Source of the DNA: Octopus vulgaris
Lineage: Eukaryota
Reading direction: 5' to 3'
DNA: 64,000 nt
Assembly (NCBI GenBank): GCA_951406725.2
Contig: OX597818.1
Span: 112,964,001-113,028,000, forward strand
The position numbers and the translations under genes are program-made. The notes under the pieces are model-generated. The model did no database searches. It saw nothing but the letters and a program-made list of their open reading frames with translations, and had not been told where the DNA came from. How positions within the stretch are numbered: the stretch's first letter is position 1; every line of letters begins with the position of its first letter. Below, in pieces: positions 41,101-54,090 of this stretch.

Positions 41101-41442
41101 TAAGCACAACATGATATAATGATTTGGGATGGCGAAGAGAAACTGTCAACAGTTGTGGAAATTAGCTGCCCAGTGGTTATTCACGTAAAGCTGAAGATCA
41201 ATGAAAAAGAGAATACCTACGATGAGCTATTGGTTAGAAGTTCAGTTTTATACCTGTAATTATTGGAGCCCTGGTATATGTAACACACTTCCTAAATAAC
41301 GAAATTGAGAAATTAGGCTTCTCAACCCAAAAAGGAGAAGCCTAATTCGAAGACTACATATCCAATCCATCACTAGAACTGTAAAATTCTGTAAAACTTT
41401 CCAAAATTTATTTTATTTAAGTATATATGAGTATATACACAC

Positions 41443-41445
<3 letters not shown>
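41101..41445 (+). mobile_element. Second copy of the (TACA)n-associated R4/Dong-type element (REL 3' fragment)
   Basis: Direct nucleotide similarity to 30843-31090 (taagcacaac..tgatataatgatttgg, gttgtggaaattagct, aaagctgaagat, gaaaaagagaataccta, tccaatccatcact.gaactgtaaaa). (ACAT)n lies on both sides. Confidence 0.85.
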
Positions 41446-41473
<28 letters not shown>

Positions 41474-41510
41474 CATACATACATACATACATACCTACAT
41501 ACATACATAC

Positions 41511-41770
41511 AAGACTGAAACTAAGAGGCTGGATACTAATATTTGAGATAGACAAAATAGATATAGCGTCACAGAAGTCAACTTTCCTGCTGATGCGAAT
41601 ACTTCGAAAATCAAAGACAAGCGGTTAACTACAGACAACTGCTTCGAAACATTATATTATATATATTATGAATTTACATTAATTTAATTATAATTGAGGT
41701 TGTGAGTAAATTCTTTGTGACAATCTAAATACGCCAGGGTTTTTAGAAAATTAATCAACCAGTGAACTCA
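41511..41770 (+). mobile_element. Older, more diverged fragment of the same R4/Dong REL region
   Basis: Translates roughly KTETKRLDTNI*DRQNR..VTEVNFPADAN..YRQLLRN, paralleling KTKHNRPDIMIWYREEKR..VVEISFPADVN..YAELLRN. It starts immediately after (ACAT)n. Confidence 0.6.
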
Positions 41771-42149
41771 CACAAATTCATGGAAATACAATTTTTATGT
41801 GGAAGAATAAAAGTTCAAGTCGCATTCCAGAATTTTCTTCCTGAGAAAGGCATTCTAGAGCATAGCGATTTTATTATATCATGACTAAACATCTAATAAG
41901 ATGACTTGTCATCTTTTGTTATTCGAAATTGAAGGAGACGGCTGTAACAATACTCTGAACTCACCTTCTAAACGCAATTTATCACAGGTGAATAGTTTAC
42001 AGAATTCATTCGGACCAGAATTCATTCGCTATGCAAGAAATATTAATGAATTAACTTTTTCCCCTAACACAAGATCAAGAACGGTTGAGAGGAGGTGAAA
42101 GATTATGAGAGGTGCAGGAGGGAAAGGGACGTCAGAACATCCGAGCAAT

Positions 42150-42570
42150 TTTCTAGATTAAGACTATCGTGTGTCTATAAAGACTGCTGTCACAACTCTA
42201 CCCAGAATGAGGCATGCAGATGTGAACAGGCGCAAACCTAGCGCATAGCTTCTTCCCAGGGTTCTTAATGATGAGCATCGTAGTAGACAACTGGTTGACA
42301 AATTTGAGCATCAAAACTGTCACTTACTCTCCCTACAGTCTAGACATTACTCCCTGTGATTAATTGTTGTTCCCAATCTGAAAGGAAACCTCAAGGATAG
42401 CCGTTTGTTTTGAAAGTGAGCTAAGATTGTGACAAGTGTAATGGACACACTTAACTAGAAGCATTTCTATGTGGACTTCACCAAATAGCTGCTGTGATAC
42501 AAAGGATGTTTTTGAAGGAGATTAGAGTTTTTGAAGGAGGTGAGAGATCTCTTTGAAATTAATAACCGTC
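42150..42570 (+). pseudogene. Mariner transposase relic
   Basis: WLTNLSIKTVTYSPYSLDITPCD*LLFP at ~42290-42375 matches the mariner (H)PPYSPDLAPCDFWLFP motif. Multiple stops; boundaries approximate. Confidence 0.7.
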
Positions 42571-42584
42571 TCTCTCTCACATGT

Positions 42585-42778
42585 TTCACCAAACATCGCT
42601 TGACAACAGATGCTAGTATGTTTACGTCACCGTAATTTAGTGATTCGGCAAAAGAGACCGATATAATAAGTCCTAGGCTTACAAAAATTAAGTCCTGAGG
42701 TCGATTTGCTCGACTAAAGGCGGTGCTCCAAAATGATCATAGTTAAACATGACTGAAGCAAGTAAAAGATTAAAAGAG
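42585..42778 (+). mobile_element. SINE family A 3' half
   Basis: catcgcttgacaac..cggcaaaagagaccgata..ggtcgatttgctcgactaaaggcggtgctcca..gactgaagcaagtaaaag. Confidence 0.8.
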
Positions 42779-42868
42779 TACACCAAATATGTAAGGCTTC
42801 TTGCTAATTAGAAGACAACACACACATACACGGACACATAGTTGTGTCCCCTTCTAGGTTTTTATGTA

Positions 42869-43030
42869 GGCGCAGGCGTGGCTGTATGGTAAGATGTTTG
42901 CTTCTCAACTACATGGTTTTCGGTTCCGTCCTATTGTGTGGAATCTTGGGCAAGTGTCCACTAATATAGCCTCACACCGACTAAAGTCTTCCGAATATAT
43001 TTGGTACGAGGAAACTGAAAGAATCCCGTC

Positions 43031-43085
<55 letters not shown>

Positions 43086-43314
43086 CGTGTGTGTGTGTGT
43101 GTGTCTTGTGTCTGTATTTGACCCATCACCGCTTGGTAACCTATGTTGTTGAGTTTACGTCTCCGTAACTTAGCGGTTCTTTATAAAAGAACGATATCAT
43201 TAGCACTGGATTTAAAGAATAAGTACTGGGATCTTTTGGTGTGGCTAAGTTCTTTCTACGTAGTACTCCAGCATGGCCGCAGTCTAATTACTGAAACCAG
43301 TATAAGAGTAAAAG

Positions 43315-43318
<4 letters not shown>
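42869..43318 (+). mobile_element. SINE family A, full length
   Basis: ggcgcaggcgtggctgtatggtaag head, cttgggcaagtgtc, (TA)n(TG)n, tail gtactccagcatggccgcagtc. Confidence 0.85.
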
Positions 43319-43367
<49 letters not shown>

Positions 43368-43409
43368 AGAGAGAGAGAGAGTGAAAGAGAGAGACAGACA
43401 GATAGAAAG

Positions 43410-43475
<66 letters not shown>

Positions 43476-43572
43476 ACTTAGATAAACTTAGATATGTTTC
43501 GACCAAAGATTGGTCCAGGCCATGTCTAACTTAATAGCACCACCTGATAGGATTATTCGAATCCTGTTTAAG

Positions 43573-45631
43573 TCAAGTTTTGTTTATGGTCCATTCAAGT
43601 AGTGAGTTCTTGTTGGGTGAGTTGTATCCAATTATGGGTGGCTTATCTGGTATTCTTTGAAGGAATCTATCCAGACTCCGTTTAAAGTTGATGGGATCCT
43701 TTTCCTCATTGATATCTTTCGGGACAATGATAAATAGGACAGGGCCTGTTGAGGAAAAGAAATTATGTTGCAGTGTACATGTATGCTGTGATCTTGAATT
43801 GGGCAGGGGACGTATGGCCCGTGGTCCCAGTCTTGGATGAACCTTGAAGCTAATGTTCAGGTCGTTTGGGCAAAGTTGGCGGTATATTCTCCACATCGTA
43901 CAAATGATGTACCGCTCACGGCGACGCTGGAGAAAGTAAAGTTTCAAGGCTTTAAGGCGATCCCAATAATCGAGAGAAGCCATACCTTCAATTCGTTTAG
44001 TGAGTGCCCTATGGGTTGACTCAATCCTCGAGATGTTTTGTCTTGTATGGGGGGAGACCACAGTGGGCAGCAGTATTCGAGGTGTGGCCGTACAAAGGAG
44101 GAGAAAAGTGGTATGATGACACCTTGTTCTCTGGACCGGAAAGTTCTTAAGATCCAGGAACTCATCCTACGAGCTATATCGACCTTCTTGTTTATGTGTG
44201 TACTCCAACTGAGATCGTCATCAACAATTACACTCAGGTCTCTGATATTGTTAGAGGCTGTGAGCGGTTCCCCTGAAGGAAGAGAGTATGGCTGTTTTAG
44301 TGAGGAATTTCTTCCAAAATGCATCAGCTCAAATTTTCCCTCATTCAGTTGCATTTTGTTTCTGCCTGCCCATTGACTCACAGCATATAAATCAGACTGG
44401 AGTTGAGTTCGGTCTGCTTCTTCATTGACGATTTGCTGGAGCTTAGTGTCATCAGCAAATATTTTCACTTTACAGTAAGGTACGACACTGTAAAAGTCGT
44501 TTATGTAAATTATGAAGAATAACGGACCCAAGACAGTCCCCTGGGGGTCACCGCTGGTGACTTTTGCTGGGCTTGAGTGGACTCCATCAACTACAACATG
44601 TTGTGTTCTATTCGCCAGGAAATACTTAATCCAGTGTAGAACTTTTCCACGGATTCCAAAATTTGCCAATTTTGAGAGTAGGATATTATGGTCCACCCTG
44701 TCGAACGCTTTACTGAAGTCAAGATATATGACGTCAGAGTTCGAGCCTGTTCCCAAAGCTTTGAGTACATCTTCAATGTGGCGTAAGAGCTGTGTTAGAC
44801 AGTCCCTGCCACAGCGAAAGCCATTGATCTTAACACTCTTTCAAACACTTTAATGATGTGGGAGGTGAGTGAGATTGGGCGATAGTTGAGTGCGCGGGAT
44901 CTGTTTCCCTGTTTGAAAACCGGGATGACTGACTGGGATAGAAACTGTTTCGGTATATAATCTTCGTCTAAGGAATTTCTCCAGAGGTTGGTCAGAGGGA
45001 CTGAAAGTTGGTGTCTACATTCCTTCAGGAGACTAGCGGGGAATCTATCAGGCCCTACAGCAGAGTAGTATTTGACCTCATTTATTGCTGCTACGATGTC
45101 AGTGGCAGTGAAGGTTATGTCTGATATTTTATGTTGGGAGTCAACTTCGTTCGCTTCTCTTACGTCAATATCAGTGGGAACACTAAAGACAGAGCAGTAT
45201 TGTTTCTGCAGTATTTCTGCCATTTCTTTAGCATCGTGTTGGGGAATGCCGTTATCATCAGTCAATGGCCCAGTGGGTGAGACAGTGGTTCTATTCTTAT
45301 TTGCATAAGAATAGAGCACTTTTGGGTTCTGTTTGATGTTTTTGATTACCCACTGTTCCTCCACAGCTCTTTGATTTTCAATGGAGGTTTTCATGTCGGT
45401 CTGCAGATGAAGTTTTTCCAGCTCTAGCCTTTTCATTGTTGTTGAATGTGGATGTTGTATGTGGGAATATTTTAATTGGTTGATTTCTTTGTTGAGTCTT
45501 TTGATGTGCCTGATGAGTGTTTTTTTTCTTTTTAGGGAGCCGGTTTCTGTTTGTGTTAGTAGATTTCGTGGGAGCGTGTTTAGAGCATGTATAGGTGACA
45601 ATGTTTTCAAAGTGCTGCCATGCGGTCTCAA
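43573..45631 (-). pseudogene. Reverse transcriptase and C-terminal region of LINE ORF2, split over three frames
   Basis: ORFs 44795..45631, 43944..44756 and 43573..44061. At ~44825 'FERVLRS' jumps out of frame directly to 'NGFRCGRDCLTQLL', implying a short deletion. A second frameshift lies near 44050. Confidence 0.92.
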
Positions 45632-45775
45632 TATGGGTGAAATTGAGAGTAAAAGACCAGTCGATGAAAGACTTGCTCCCCAGTCCGCTTTGTGGAAGTT
45701 TATGTTGTCAAATGGGTGCCATGGAGTGGGATTGGCTCGCTTGGTTTTTATATGTCGGGAATTAAAATTGTACCA

Positions 45776-46470
45776 TTAAAAGAGTACCATCTCGTGGTCT
45801 GAGAGGAGAGTTTTTTCAACTGAAATACTGCGAACGAAGCTAGAGTGATTGGTCAATACCAGATCCAAGATCGTTTTATTCTGTCTCGTTGGTTGGAGCA
45901 CTAGCTGATTCAGGAAGTATTCATCCATTAGATTAAAGAGCAGTTCTGCTGCTGCTCTATCTGATGTAGGGCACTTGCCTAACTTCAGAGTATTTGTGGG
46001 CCAGTTCACATGAGGGAGGTTAAAATCACCCATCACTAGTATGTTTCCGGGGTGATACTTCCGAAGGAAGGACTTGACTTTGCTAAGGCACTCTTCAAAG
46101 CACTTTAGAGGTGCTTGGGGAGGCCTGTAAAGACCAACAATGATTATGTCCTTTGCCTTGCTGAATAGTGATGCCGATTCACAGTAGCCATTGGAAAATA
46201 TGTCCTTGGCATCAAGTGAAAAGGAGTCATTGATAAACATGGCTGTCCCTCCCTTATTTCGGTCTGTGCGATCCGCACGAACAATGGTGAAATCTTTTAT
46301 TTTCACCTCGGCGTCCATATGGGTGTTGTTCAGGTGAGTCTCGGTAAGGATAAAGAAAGGGAAGCAATGTGCCGTTTCGGCAAGCCAACTCTCTATATAT
46401 GGGATCTTCCATTTTTGGGCAATAATTGATGGGTTGATGCCACGTACATTTAACAGTAATGTCGAGGTAA
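45776..46470 (-). pseudogene. APE-type endonuclease domain of the LINE ORF2
   Basis: The frame is open upstream of the track ORF 45776..46318: TSTLLLNVRGINPS...FILTETHLNNTHMDAEVKIKDFTIVRADRTDRNKGG...GDFN...SDH. Confidence 0.9.
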
Positions 46471-47196
46471 GGGAAGTTTGATGTTTGCACTGTTCTTAGA
46501 TGCATACATATACTCAAGCATGCACCTATATAAAAGCGTATAAGGATGAACATTCTGTTAATATATCTGAGACACAGGAGGTCAACTTTTGAAATATGAC
46601 ATCTAATATTTCGTTATATCATTCTTCAATTATTGCTTGCTAAGATTTAAAATTTTGTTCGATGATAAATGTATGTCTGTTATTGCTTGTCTGAATATGA
46701 GGATTCGAACATTTCATTCCTGTATTGTCTAAATTACTACATCTGCCCATGCACTGACATCACGAAGTTGCATTAAAAACTTAGGTTATCGATTTTAAAA
46801 TAAAATGCAGAGTAAATTCCAACGAGGAATGAAACCCGAACTTTATTTAAATATTGGTAAAAATATATCACATTTCCAATTTAAGCTCTGCTATACTAGT
46901 TGTAGAACAGCCAGTTGATTAGCATGTGTGTAATTCTTAGAAACGGAATGCACAAAGCGCATTTATAATTGGACGATTGACAAAGGTTTGTTGCAAATTA
47001 ACATGTTATGAATTTTTATTTCTCTTCTAAATATAAAAACATGTAATCAAATTACACAATGGCTTAGACAGACATATTAAACAATATAACGAACATCATA
47101 ATAGAAACTAGTTATTACATTTTAGTGAAAGACAAATAAAAATTGTAGTCGGAATATATTACATAAAATAGAAAACTGCGCAAATACCTAATAATT

Positions 47197-47235
<39 letters not shown>

Positions 47236-47251
47236 ATGCCTATATATAATG

Positions 47252-47283
<32 letters not shown>

Positions 47284-48091
47284 TATATACATATGCATAT
47301 GCATAGATATGTATGTTATATATATATATACTCAATTTCACTCATTGCATTCTTCATCTCTTTATTTATAATTTATACTCACACACATATATATAGACTT
47401 ATATATATATGCATATGTCTATGTTTGCGTTTGTTTGTCCGTGTTATGTGTCTTTACGTACGTATGTCTGTAAGTATACTCTACATAGAAATCTGAATAT
47501 CTATAAATATAATTCGTCTGTATTAAAAAACATATGGAATACAGTGAGACTAAGTACATTTCTTCTTCTAACTTTGAAATACGTGTAATTAACTTATCTT
47601 ATTTCCATGAAAGACTGCAATTTATAATAATTGCAACATACATCCCTTTAGGTTTGCTAAAACGCCGCTGGCAAATATTTAATTAGTAAACGGAATCGTT
47701 TTTAAACCATTATTATATTAGAACATTTGAAGTTCAACTATAATGCACGTTTTTCTTTATATTTCTGTCTGAATGGTTTTATATTTTATTTCTTTTCCAC
47801 ATTTAACATTTTAGATATTTTCTGAATGCAATCTTGACTAAATATAAACATGGGCTGCTGTATTTCTGTGTATATCGTAAGTCAAGTACATGTGAGTTAA
47901 CCTGGCCCCATTGCGTACCTTCGTTTTCGGACCCATTGGCATGTGTTCACATCCACCATTAATCATACAACAAATGGCGGGAGCATATTAATATATTAAC
48001 AAAGTATATTGACATAATTAGTTGTAAAGTGTCGATTAACTGTGGTTGTTTAAACATACAAACCATCATATTTTTGATCAAAATTATTAGA

Positions 48092-48295
48092 GGGCGGAGA
48101 ACCGGGAGAATCGTCGGACAAAATAATTAACGGCATTTCTGCAGGTTAATTATGTTTCACTCCAAATTTTGCTGAGATTGATTTTGCATTTCATCTTTTC
48201 GTAGTCGATAAAAGAAATACCAGTTGAACACTGGTTCGATGTACTCAACTGCCCTTCCCCCAACAAAATTTCAGATCTTGCGCCTATAGTAGAAG
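48092..48295 (+). mobile_element. SINE family N (decayed)
   Basis: ttttgcatttcatcttttcgtagtcgataaaagaaataccagttgaacactgg..caaaatttcagatcttgcgcctatagtagaa. Confidence 0.65.
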
Positions 48296-49881
48296 AATCA
48301 TTAATAATGTAAGCGTTGTCTTTTCATGTTCTTTTTATTAATATTAACACATCGTGACAGGGCTGTTGCATTTATTCTGCATGAAAATATTTGTAATAAA
48401 CTCAACAACTCACTGTTTCAGATTCGAAATCCTACTGTATGATATTACACTCAGCGGAAATTTATCCCATTACTCCTCCAATGAAATACGCCTTTTTGCT
48501 TATTATGCACAGAAAATATGCATTTATACATTGTGAGGTATTTCTGTTTTCAATAAACCTGGTTTCAGATCTTGATAAATGCTTGTATTTGTGTATGTTT
48601 GTGTATATTTCGTATGTATATAGAGAGTAATTGTGAAATATTCGAAGATATATAGCTATACATATATATAATACTATATATATAATGCTATATACCATCA
48701 TCTGATGGAATATAGTATAGCATAGGTTGTATCAGATTTATCTGATAACAAAATCATACATTGATATGTACCATGTTATATCCATAAATTATTTATAATA
48801 CTATCATTTTGTAAATTTTCAGCTTATATCATTTCGTTGAAATAATTGAAATTATCCAGAAAACTTACACGACTATGATTTATTTTTAATATTCTCTTTT
48901 TCCAGTGTTGTTGTTGACAAATATTTTCACTCTTCAGATCTATTAAACTTCAAATTCCTTGTGGAATATCTTGAAGACAAAGATTATTAGATTGGCAAAT
49001 TTAGCCGAATTAAATTGAGTAGTTATCATTGTTATTGTTGTATGAAATGAGCTTTCATTTTCACCACAAAATTGACAGTTATATTAAAATAATAATCCCT
49101 CTCACAAATAGCCAGCGACGTCGATTTTCATAAATCTGTGGACATGTGTATATAAGTTTTATTGTCGCCTGTTACGTTCTTGTTTCCTTTTTCGTTTTGT
49201 TTTTCTTTTGGTCTCCTGTATGGAGAAGGAGAGAAAGAGTGAGTGAGATTGAAAAAGAGGGGAAGAGAGATGCATAATTAATAAACATTTATGGATGGCA
49301 CTTATGTTCTTTTCAAAGATTATGAGAGATTTTGTGTTTACACTCGTCTCTTATCGCGTAGTTTCAGACAAATAGAAAGTGGCCGATATATTAGCCACTG
49401 ATTTTTAGCATATAGTTTTTTTTTTCTTTTATAGTCATACATTTTCCGAATTCCATTAAAATATCAATGCAATATAAATATCGACTTTTATCAAATAACA
49501 TAGATGAAAAATAAATTAATAAAAAATATACATAATATGAAAATAAAAGGGAATATTAATAAAATAAAGCGTCTTATAAAGATTTTAAATACATACATCG
49601 ATCAACAGCATAAAAGATATTCAAGAGTGCAACTATATTTCTCAATATTTCAAAGTTTATTTGAAATATTTACTCTGTTGAATATTATCTGTGTTCGTTT
49701 ACGTCATCAGCCAAATTAGCTTGGACTTAATAAGAATGTGGTAAAGGTAAAATTTATTCCCACATATGTGTGTGCGTCTGTGTGTTTGTGTGTAAATATA
49801 TGTGGCTGTGTGTGTATATACATATGTGTGAGTGTTTGTGTATGAATGTGTTTGTGAGTGTATGTAAATGTATAAGTAAAG

Positions 49882-50096
49882 TATATATATATATATATAC
49901 AGATAGGTAGATAGATAGATAGATAGATAGATAAACAGACAGACAGACAGACATACAGACATACAGGCAGGCTGACAAACAAACATACAGATAGATATAC
50001 AGGCAGACAGACAGTCAGACAGACAGTCAGACAGACAGACAGACAGACAGATAGATAGATAGATATATAGACTAACAGACACATATAGATAAATAA

Positions 50097-50164
<68 letters not shown>
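49882..50164. repeat. (GATA)n/(GACA)n compound microsatellite
   Basis: Directly visible. Confidence 0.95.
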
Positions 50165-51030
50165 TGTTAGCGGAATATTACTTTAGTTATGCACCACGAG
50201 TGTGTCAATAAGAGAGTTGAATAAATGCCTCACAAACATTATCATGCAACACAAATTGTCTGCTATTTATCGCTCTTATACTTCAAAAGTGATAGCTCTG
50301 GACCACACCAGACTATGTAGGTTGTATTTAGACAGCATTTATAGTAGCGCATAGGGATAGCGAATGATACCAGATTGTTTATTTGGCAATTCACCCCTGC
50401 ATATTTTAAGATGCATTATCAGATTCAGTTTTTCGTAGGCAGTTGTATACAAATCGGTGCATGTGTTATGAAAATATAAGGCATGCCTTGTTTATGGAAA
50501 AATCAAGCGGAAAACGTCAGATTTAGCATAAAATACAGATAAATTCTAACATAGCGACAGGGTTGTAACTTTATACTGTCATTATTGAATTAAAACAGAT
50601 CAATATTTCTAATCACATTCGGTAGGAGTGTAACTAAATGACGTGAAGCCCTTCAACATCACTTTGCTGTATGTGGAACTCCACGGCTCTTATAACTTTC
50701 TCATTTACTTGTGTATTCCTGCATCAATTTGGATGAATTCATAACAAAGTTTGTATGATTGTATCACAATGATCTAAGAAATATATTAAAGATATTAATA
50801 AATGGTGGGTGGGGGGGGATTTGTAATCAGATTTTTAGAGAATGATAACTATTTGCTGACGCAGTTACTTAAATAGAATGTCCGTGATTTTAGCTTACTA
50901 TTTTGCTATGTACAACATTTTTGACAAAACCAGTGAGTTGCTCAATGCTTTTTATAACAGTTTACATCCGTTGCTGTATTTTCTCCATTAACTTCCTTTT
51001 CTGATTTCCTGTTGCGTGTCATTCTACAAG

Positions 51031-51078
51031 AGATGGAATTGTCATCGCGGCGAATGAGAGATTGTATCACTAAGAATG
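51031..51078 (+). other. Candidate 48-nt exon
   Basis: ctgat branch-like motif, pyrimidine tract, aag acceptor and G|gtaagt donor. One open frame. Confidence 0.25.
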
Positions 51079-52611
51079 GTAAGTTAAACACACACGTCGT
51101 GAAAATAGAATAATATTATATCTGCTTGCCGACGTAGGTACAGAATACAATATATACATGGGGATATAATGATTTCTGACATTCGCGCATTTCGTGTGAA
51201 TATATACTTGATCGAATCTATGCTAAAATTTCACTGATACGTATTTTATCGATCTGAGAAAACAGGAAAGATAAAGAAAAGTCCAATGAGATTTTAACGC
51301 AGAACGTAAAAAAGTGTATTTTAACATATGAAGTTATTTTGTTTGACGCTTTCAACGCCTGCAGGTAATTAATAAAGAGGGAAAACGAGTGAAAGCGGAA
51401 TTTAAATTTCTGTTTTGCATAATATTTCATCTTCTAATTTACATTGTGAAACAATAACTTGGAAGCATAGCAAATATTCCAGGCTTTTCAAATAGCTATT
51501 TTAATCTTTGCTTCCATGTCTCAGTATCCAAGAATTTAATTCGAGCTTCATAAAAATGACATCTGATTACCAATGCAGATTCAATAAGGATTTATTTTCA
51601 AGTCTAATTGTAAAATAATGTTATTTTATTCTGAAAATGACCGGAGGAATTACAAAGAAATGCCCGTTGCATGAAAAACAATTATTAAAGTGGGTGTTAC
51701 CATAATTCTATTAGCGGGGCAATAAATTCTAATAAACACCAGGAAAGTGGACTTTAGTTTCAAAGACGGGAATTATTCAGTACTTTTCTCTCATAAGAAT
51801 GTATTGTTATTTCTTTTAAATTCGCGGTATCGGCCCCCATTAATATTTTATCAAGATTTATATTTTTGGAAATGATTGGGTGCATGATGATTGTGTGTGT
51901 GATGTTTGATTATTTATTTACATTCTTGTCATGGAAGCCTATACATTTTTCGATCGCTAAACCTTTCTTCCCGTATCATTAGCATAACTTCTATAGAAAT
52001 CATGTAATTCACTTTGAATATAAAATTCAAATTTAAGACAAGTAGACTGAAGTATCACAGATAAAGATCCTCATTTCTCGTCGTTGATTATACTACCAAG
52101 TTCCCACCGCCCACCCAATTAGGAAAATCCTCAAAGCAAAAGGTAAACTTAAAGTACTTTTAGTATGTCATAAGGGTCTTTTCGTAGTTTAGTGAAATGT
52201 AAACAGTTTTGATTACATATAATTCGCATCATTAGAAGTTAAAATGATCAAAAGACTGGCATGCCTCCTATGGGATAATTAAATTAAGATTTTAAAAATA
52301 ATTCCATTTCGCTATGGAATCGTGGACTCCGAAGCGCTTCATATAAAGCACTAAATGATAGTATGTAACTATTATTGGTTAAAATCACTTTGGAATCGAA
52401 GAGTCGAAGGCTATCCGTGGGATTCGAACACACATCTTTTGTGAATTTGACATCAACAACATGAGAAAATTATAACGCTAGCGTCATTGGCAATTACAGT
52501 AATAAATTACGAATTTACTACACCGCATTTGTTTGTCAAACCGTCGATCTTTTTGGCCAAACCGTGACCAACACAGGTACAAAGACATACACATACATTA
52601 ATAGAAGATAT

Positions 52612-53059
52612 ATAAGCAGAAAATGGAGAACATTTTGATCAGCAAACAAACAAATTAACCAATATCAGTTAATTATTCTTTAATACAAAAACCTAACATT
52701 GCTTACGGCCGTTTCGACTACCAATATAAGTCGGTACCTCAAAGGAAAGGTCCGAAAACAATTTTCGTCATCTTTGTAGCACATACGATCTAGTACATGG
52801 AGCTTCATCAGAGTGAATAGAAATACAAAAAATAAAAGAAGGGAAGACGAAGAAGGAAGAGAATGAAAGCTCCATGTACTAGATCGGATGTGCTATAAAG
52901 ATGACGAACATTATTTTCGGAATTTTCTTTGGAGGTACCAAATGGTATTGGTAGCTGAAACGGACGTAAGCAACGTTAAGATTTTGTATTGAGAAATAAT
53001 TAACCAATGTAGGTCAATTTGTTTGTTTGTTGATCAAGTTTTCTCCATTTTCTGCTTAT
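52612..53059. mobile_element. Head-to-head pair of Penelope-like termini (~200 bp imperfect inverted repeat) with long-stem-II hammerhead-like motif
   Basis: 52612-52805 is the reverse complement of ~52863-53059 with scattered mismatches. The minus arm reads CTGATGA-agct...~85 nt...GAAAC-ggcc-GTA. Confidence 0.65.
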
Positions 53060-53184
53060 TTTAAACTTGATACCTGATAAACTCTCAAATTTGAATATCT
53101 TATTTAGGATATATAAACAAACATCTTAGCAGAAGGTTCTAAAATATGAAAAGTAAGTATATATGTGACTGTTTTTCATAGTCA

Positions 53185-54090
53185 CCCTCTCAGGTATGCC
53201 CTCAACTGCCTAGATAGCCACCCTTGATAGCTATGCAGACGATACGAAAGTCTCGCAGAATGTACAGAGCCCCGTCAATGTTGCACATTTTCAGCAGGTG
53301 TAAGACTCAATTTACAGATGGGCTGAGGAAAATAATATGAAGTTTAATGCTGAAAAATTCCAAACCCTGCACTACCAACGTTCAAAACTGAATATGAAAC
53401 TTACAGGGTACACCGGTCCACGAGGAATTATAATCCCAGAGCCTATATCATTGCGGAACCTGGGTATCGACATGGGTGATGATACCGCTATCCAAGTGCA
53501 CATCACCAGGATTACGACAAAGTGCAGACGACTGGCTGGCTGGATCCTAAAAACATTCACCTAACAGTGTAAAATTAACAGCAGACCTTGAAGCAATCCA
53601 GAGAAGATTCACAAAGAAGATCGTCTCTTTGCAACAGCTCAGCTACTGGGAAAGGCTAGAATAGCTAAGACTCCCTAGAGCGAAGGCGGGAGAGGTATGC
53701 AGTAATATACAACTGGAAGATTCTGAAAGGAATTGTACCAAATTTTGGCATTGAAGGCTACACCAATGTGAGAACAGGTCGACACTGCATAGTGCCAAAG
53801 ATCCCAGCAATGCCATCGCGCTTCAGGGCCAGTTATTGAAACAGCCCGGAATTCATGGGCCCACAGCTTTTTAATATTCTCCCAAAGAGCCTGAGGACTC
53901 TCCACAAAGTGTATGTTCGCGTTTTTAAATCAAGGCTGGACCTGTCAAGAGGTGCAAATGAGGGTAGCTACATCAGCCTCCATTCTACACCAAGTGTATA
54001 ATAAAATACATTTAATAAAAGATCTCAACAATAAAAGTGCAGCAAAACGGCGGTACTCCAGCATGGCCACAGCTGTGAACTGTAACTACA
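53185..54090 (+). mobile_element. Decayed 5'-truncated LINE (CR1/L2 group) RT C-terminal fragment with 3' end
   Basis: SYADDTKV at ~53229-53252, then WAEENNMKFNAEKFQ, GWILKTF, SYWERLE*LR..ERRRERYAVIYNWKILKG, with stops and frameshifts. The 3' end reads ggcggtactccagcatggccacagctgtgaactgtaac. Confidence 0.9.

Larger units (their letters stand above)
43478..46480 (-). mobile_element. 5'-truncated non-LTR retrotransposon (LINE, CR1/L2 group) with APE endonuclease + reverse transcriptase ORF2 broken by frameshifts
   Basis: Minus-strand frames give APE motifs (LLNVRG, LTETH, GLYRPP, MGDFNLP, LDLVL, SDH), then RT motifs (YRPISLTS, GFR, YLDFSKAFDRV, PQGTVLGP, FADD) and a C-terminal 'YWDRLKALKLY..RRRERY'. 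A short 3' UTR ends in (ATCTAAGTTT)2 then (TATC)n. No ORF1 is seen. Confidence 0.95.

Noticed and set aside
52410-52500. Isolated B-box-like motifs (also ~62605-62660)
   Set aside because: No matching A box or repeat body could be established.
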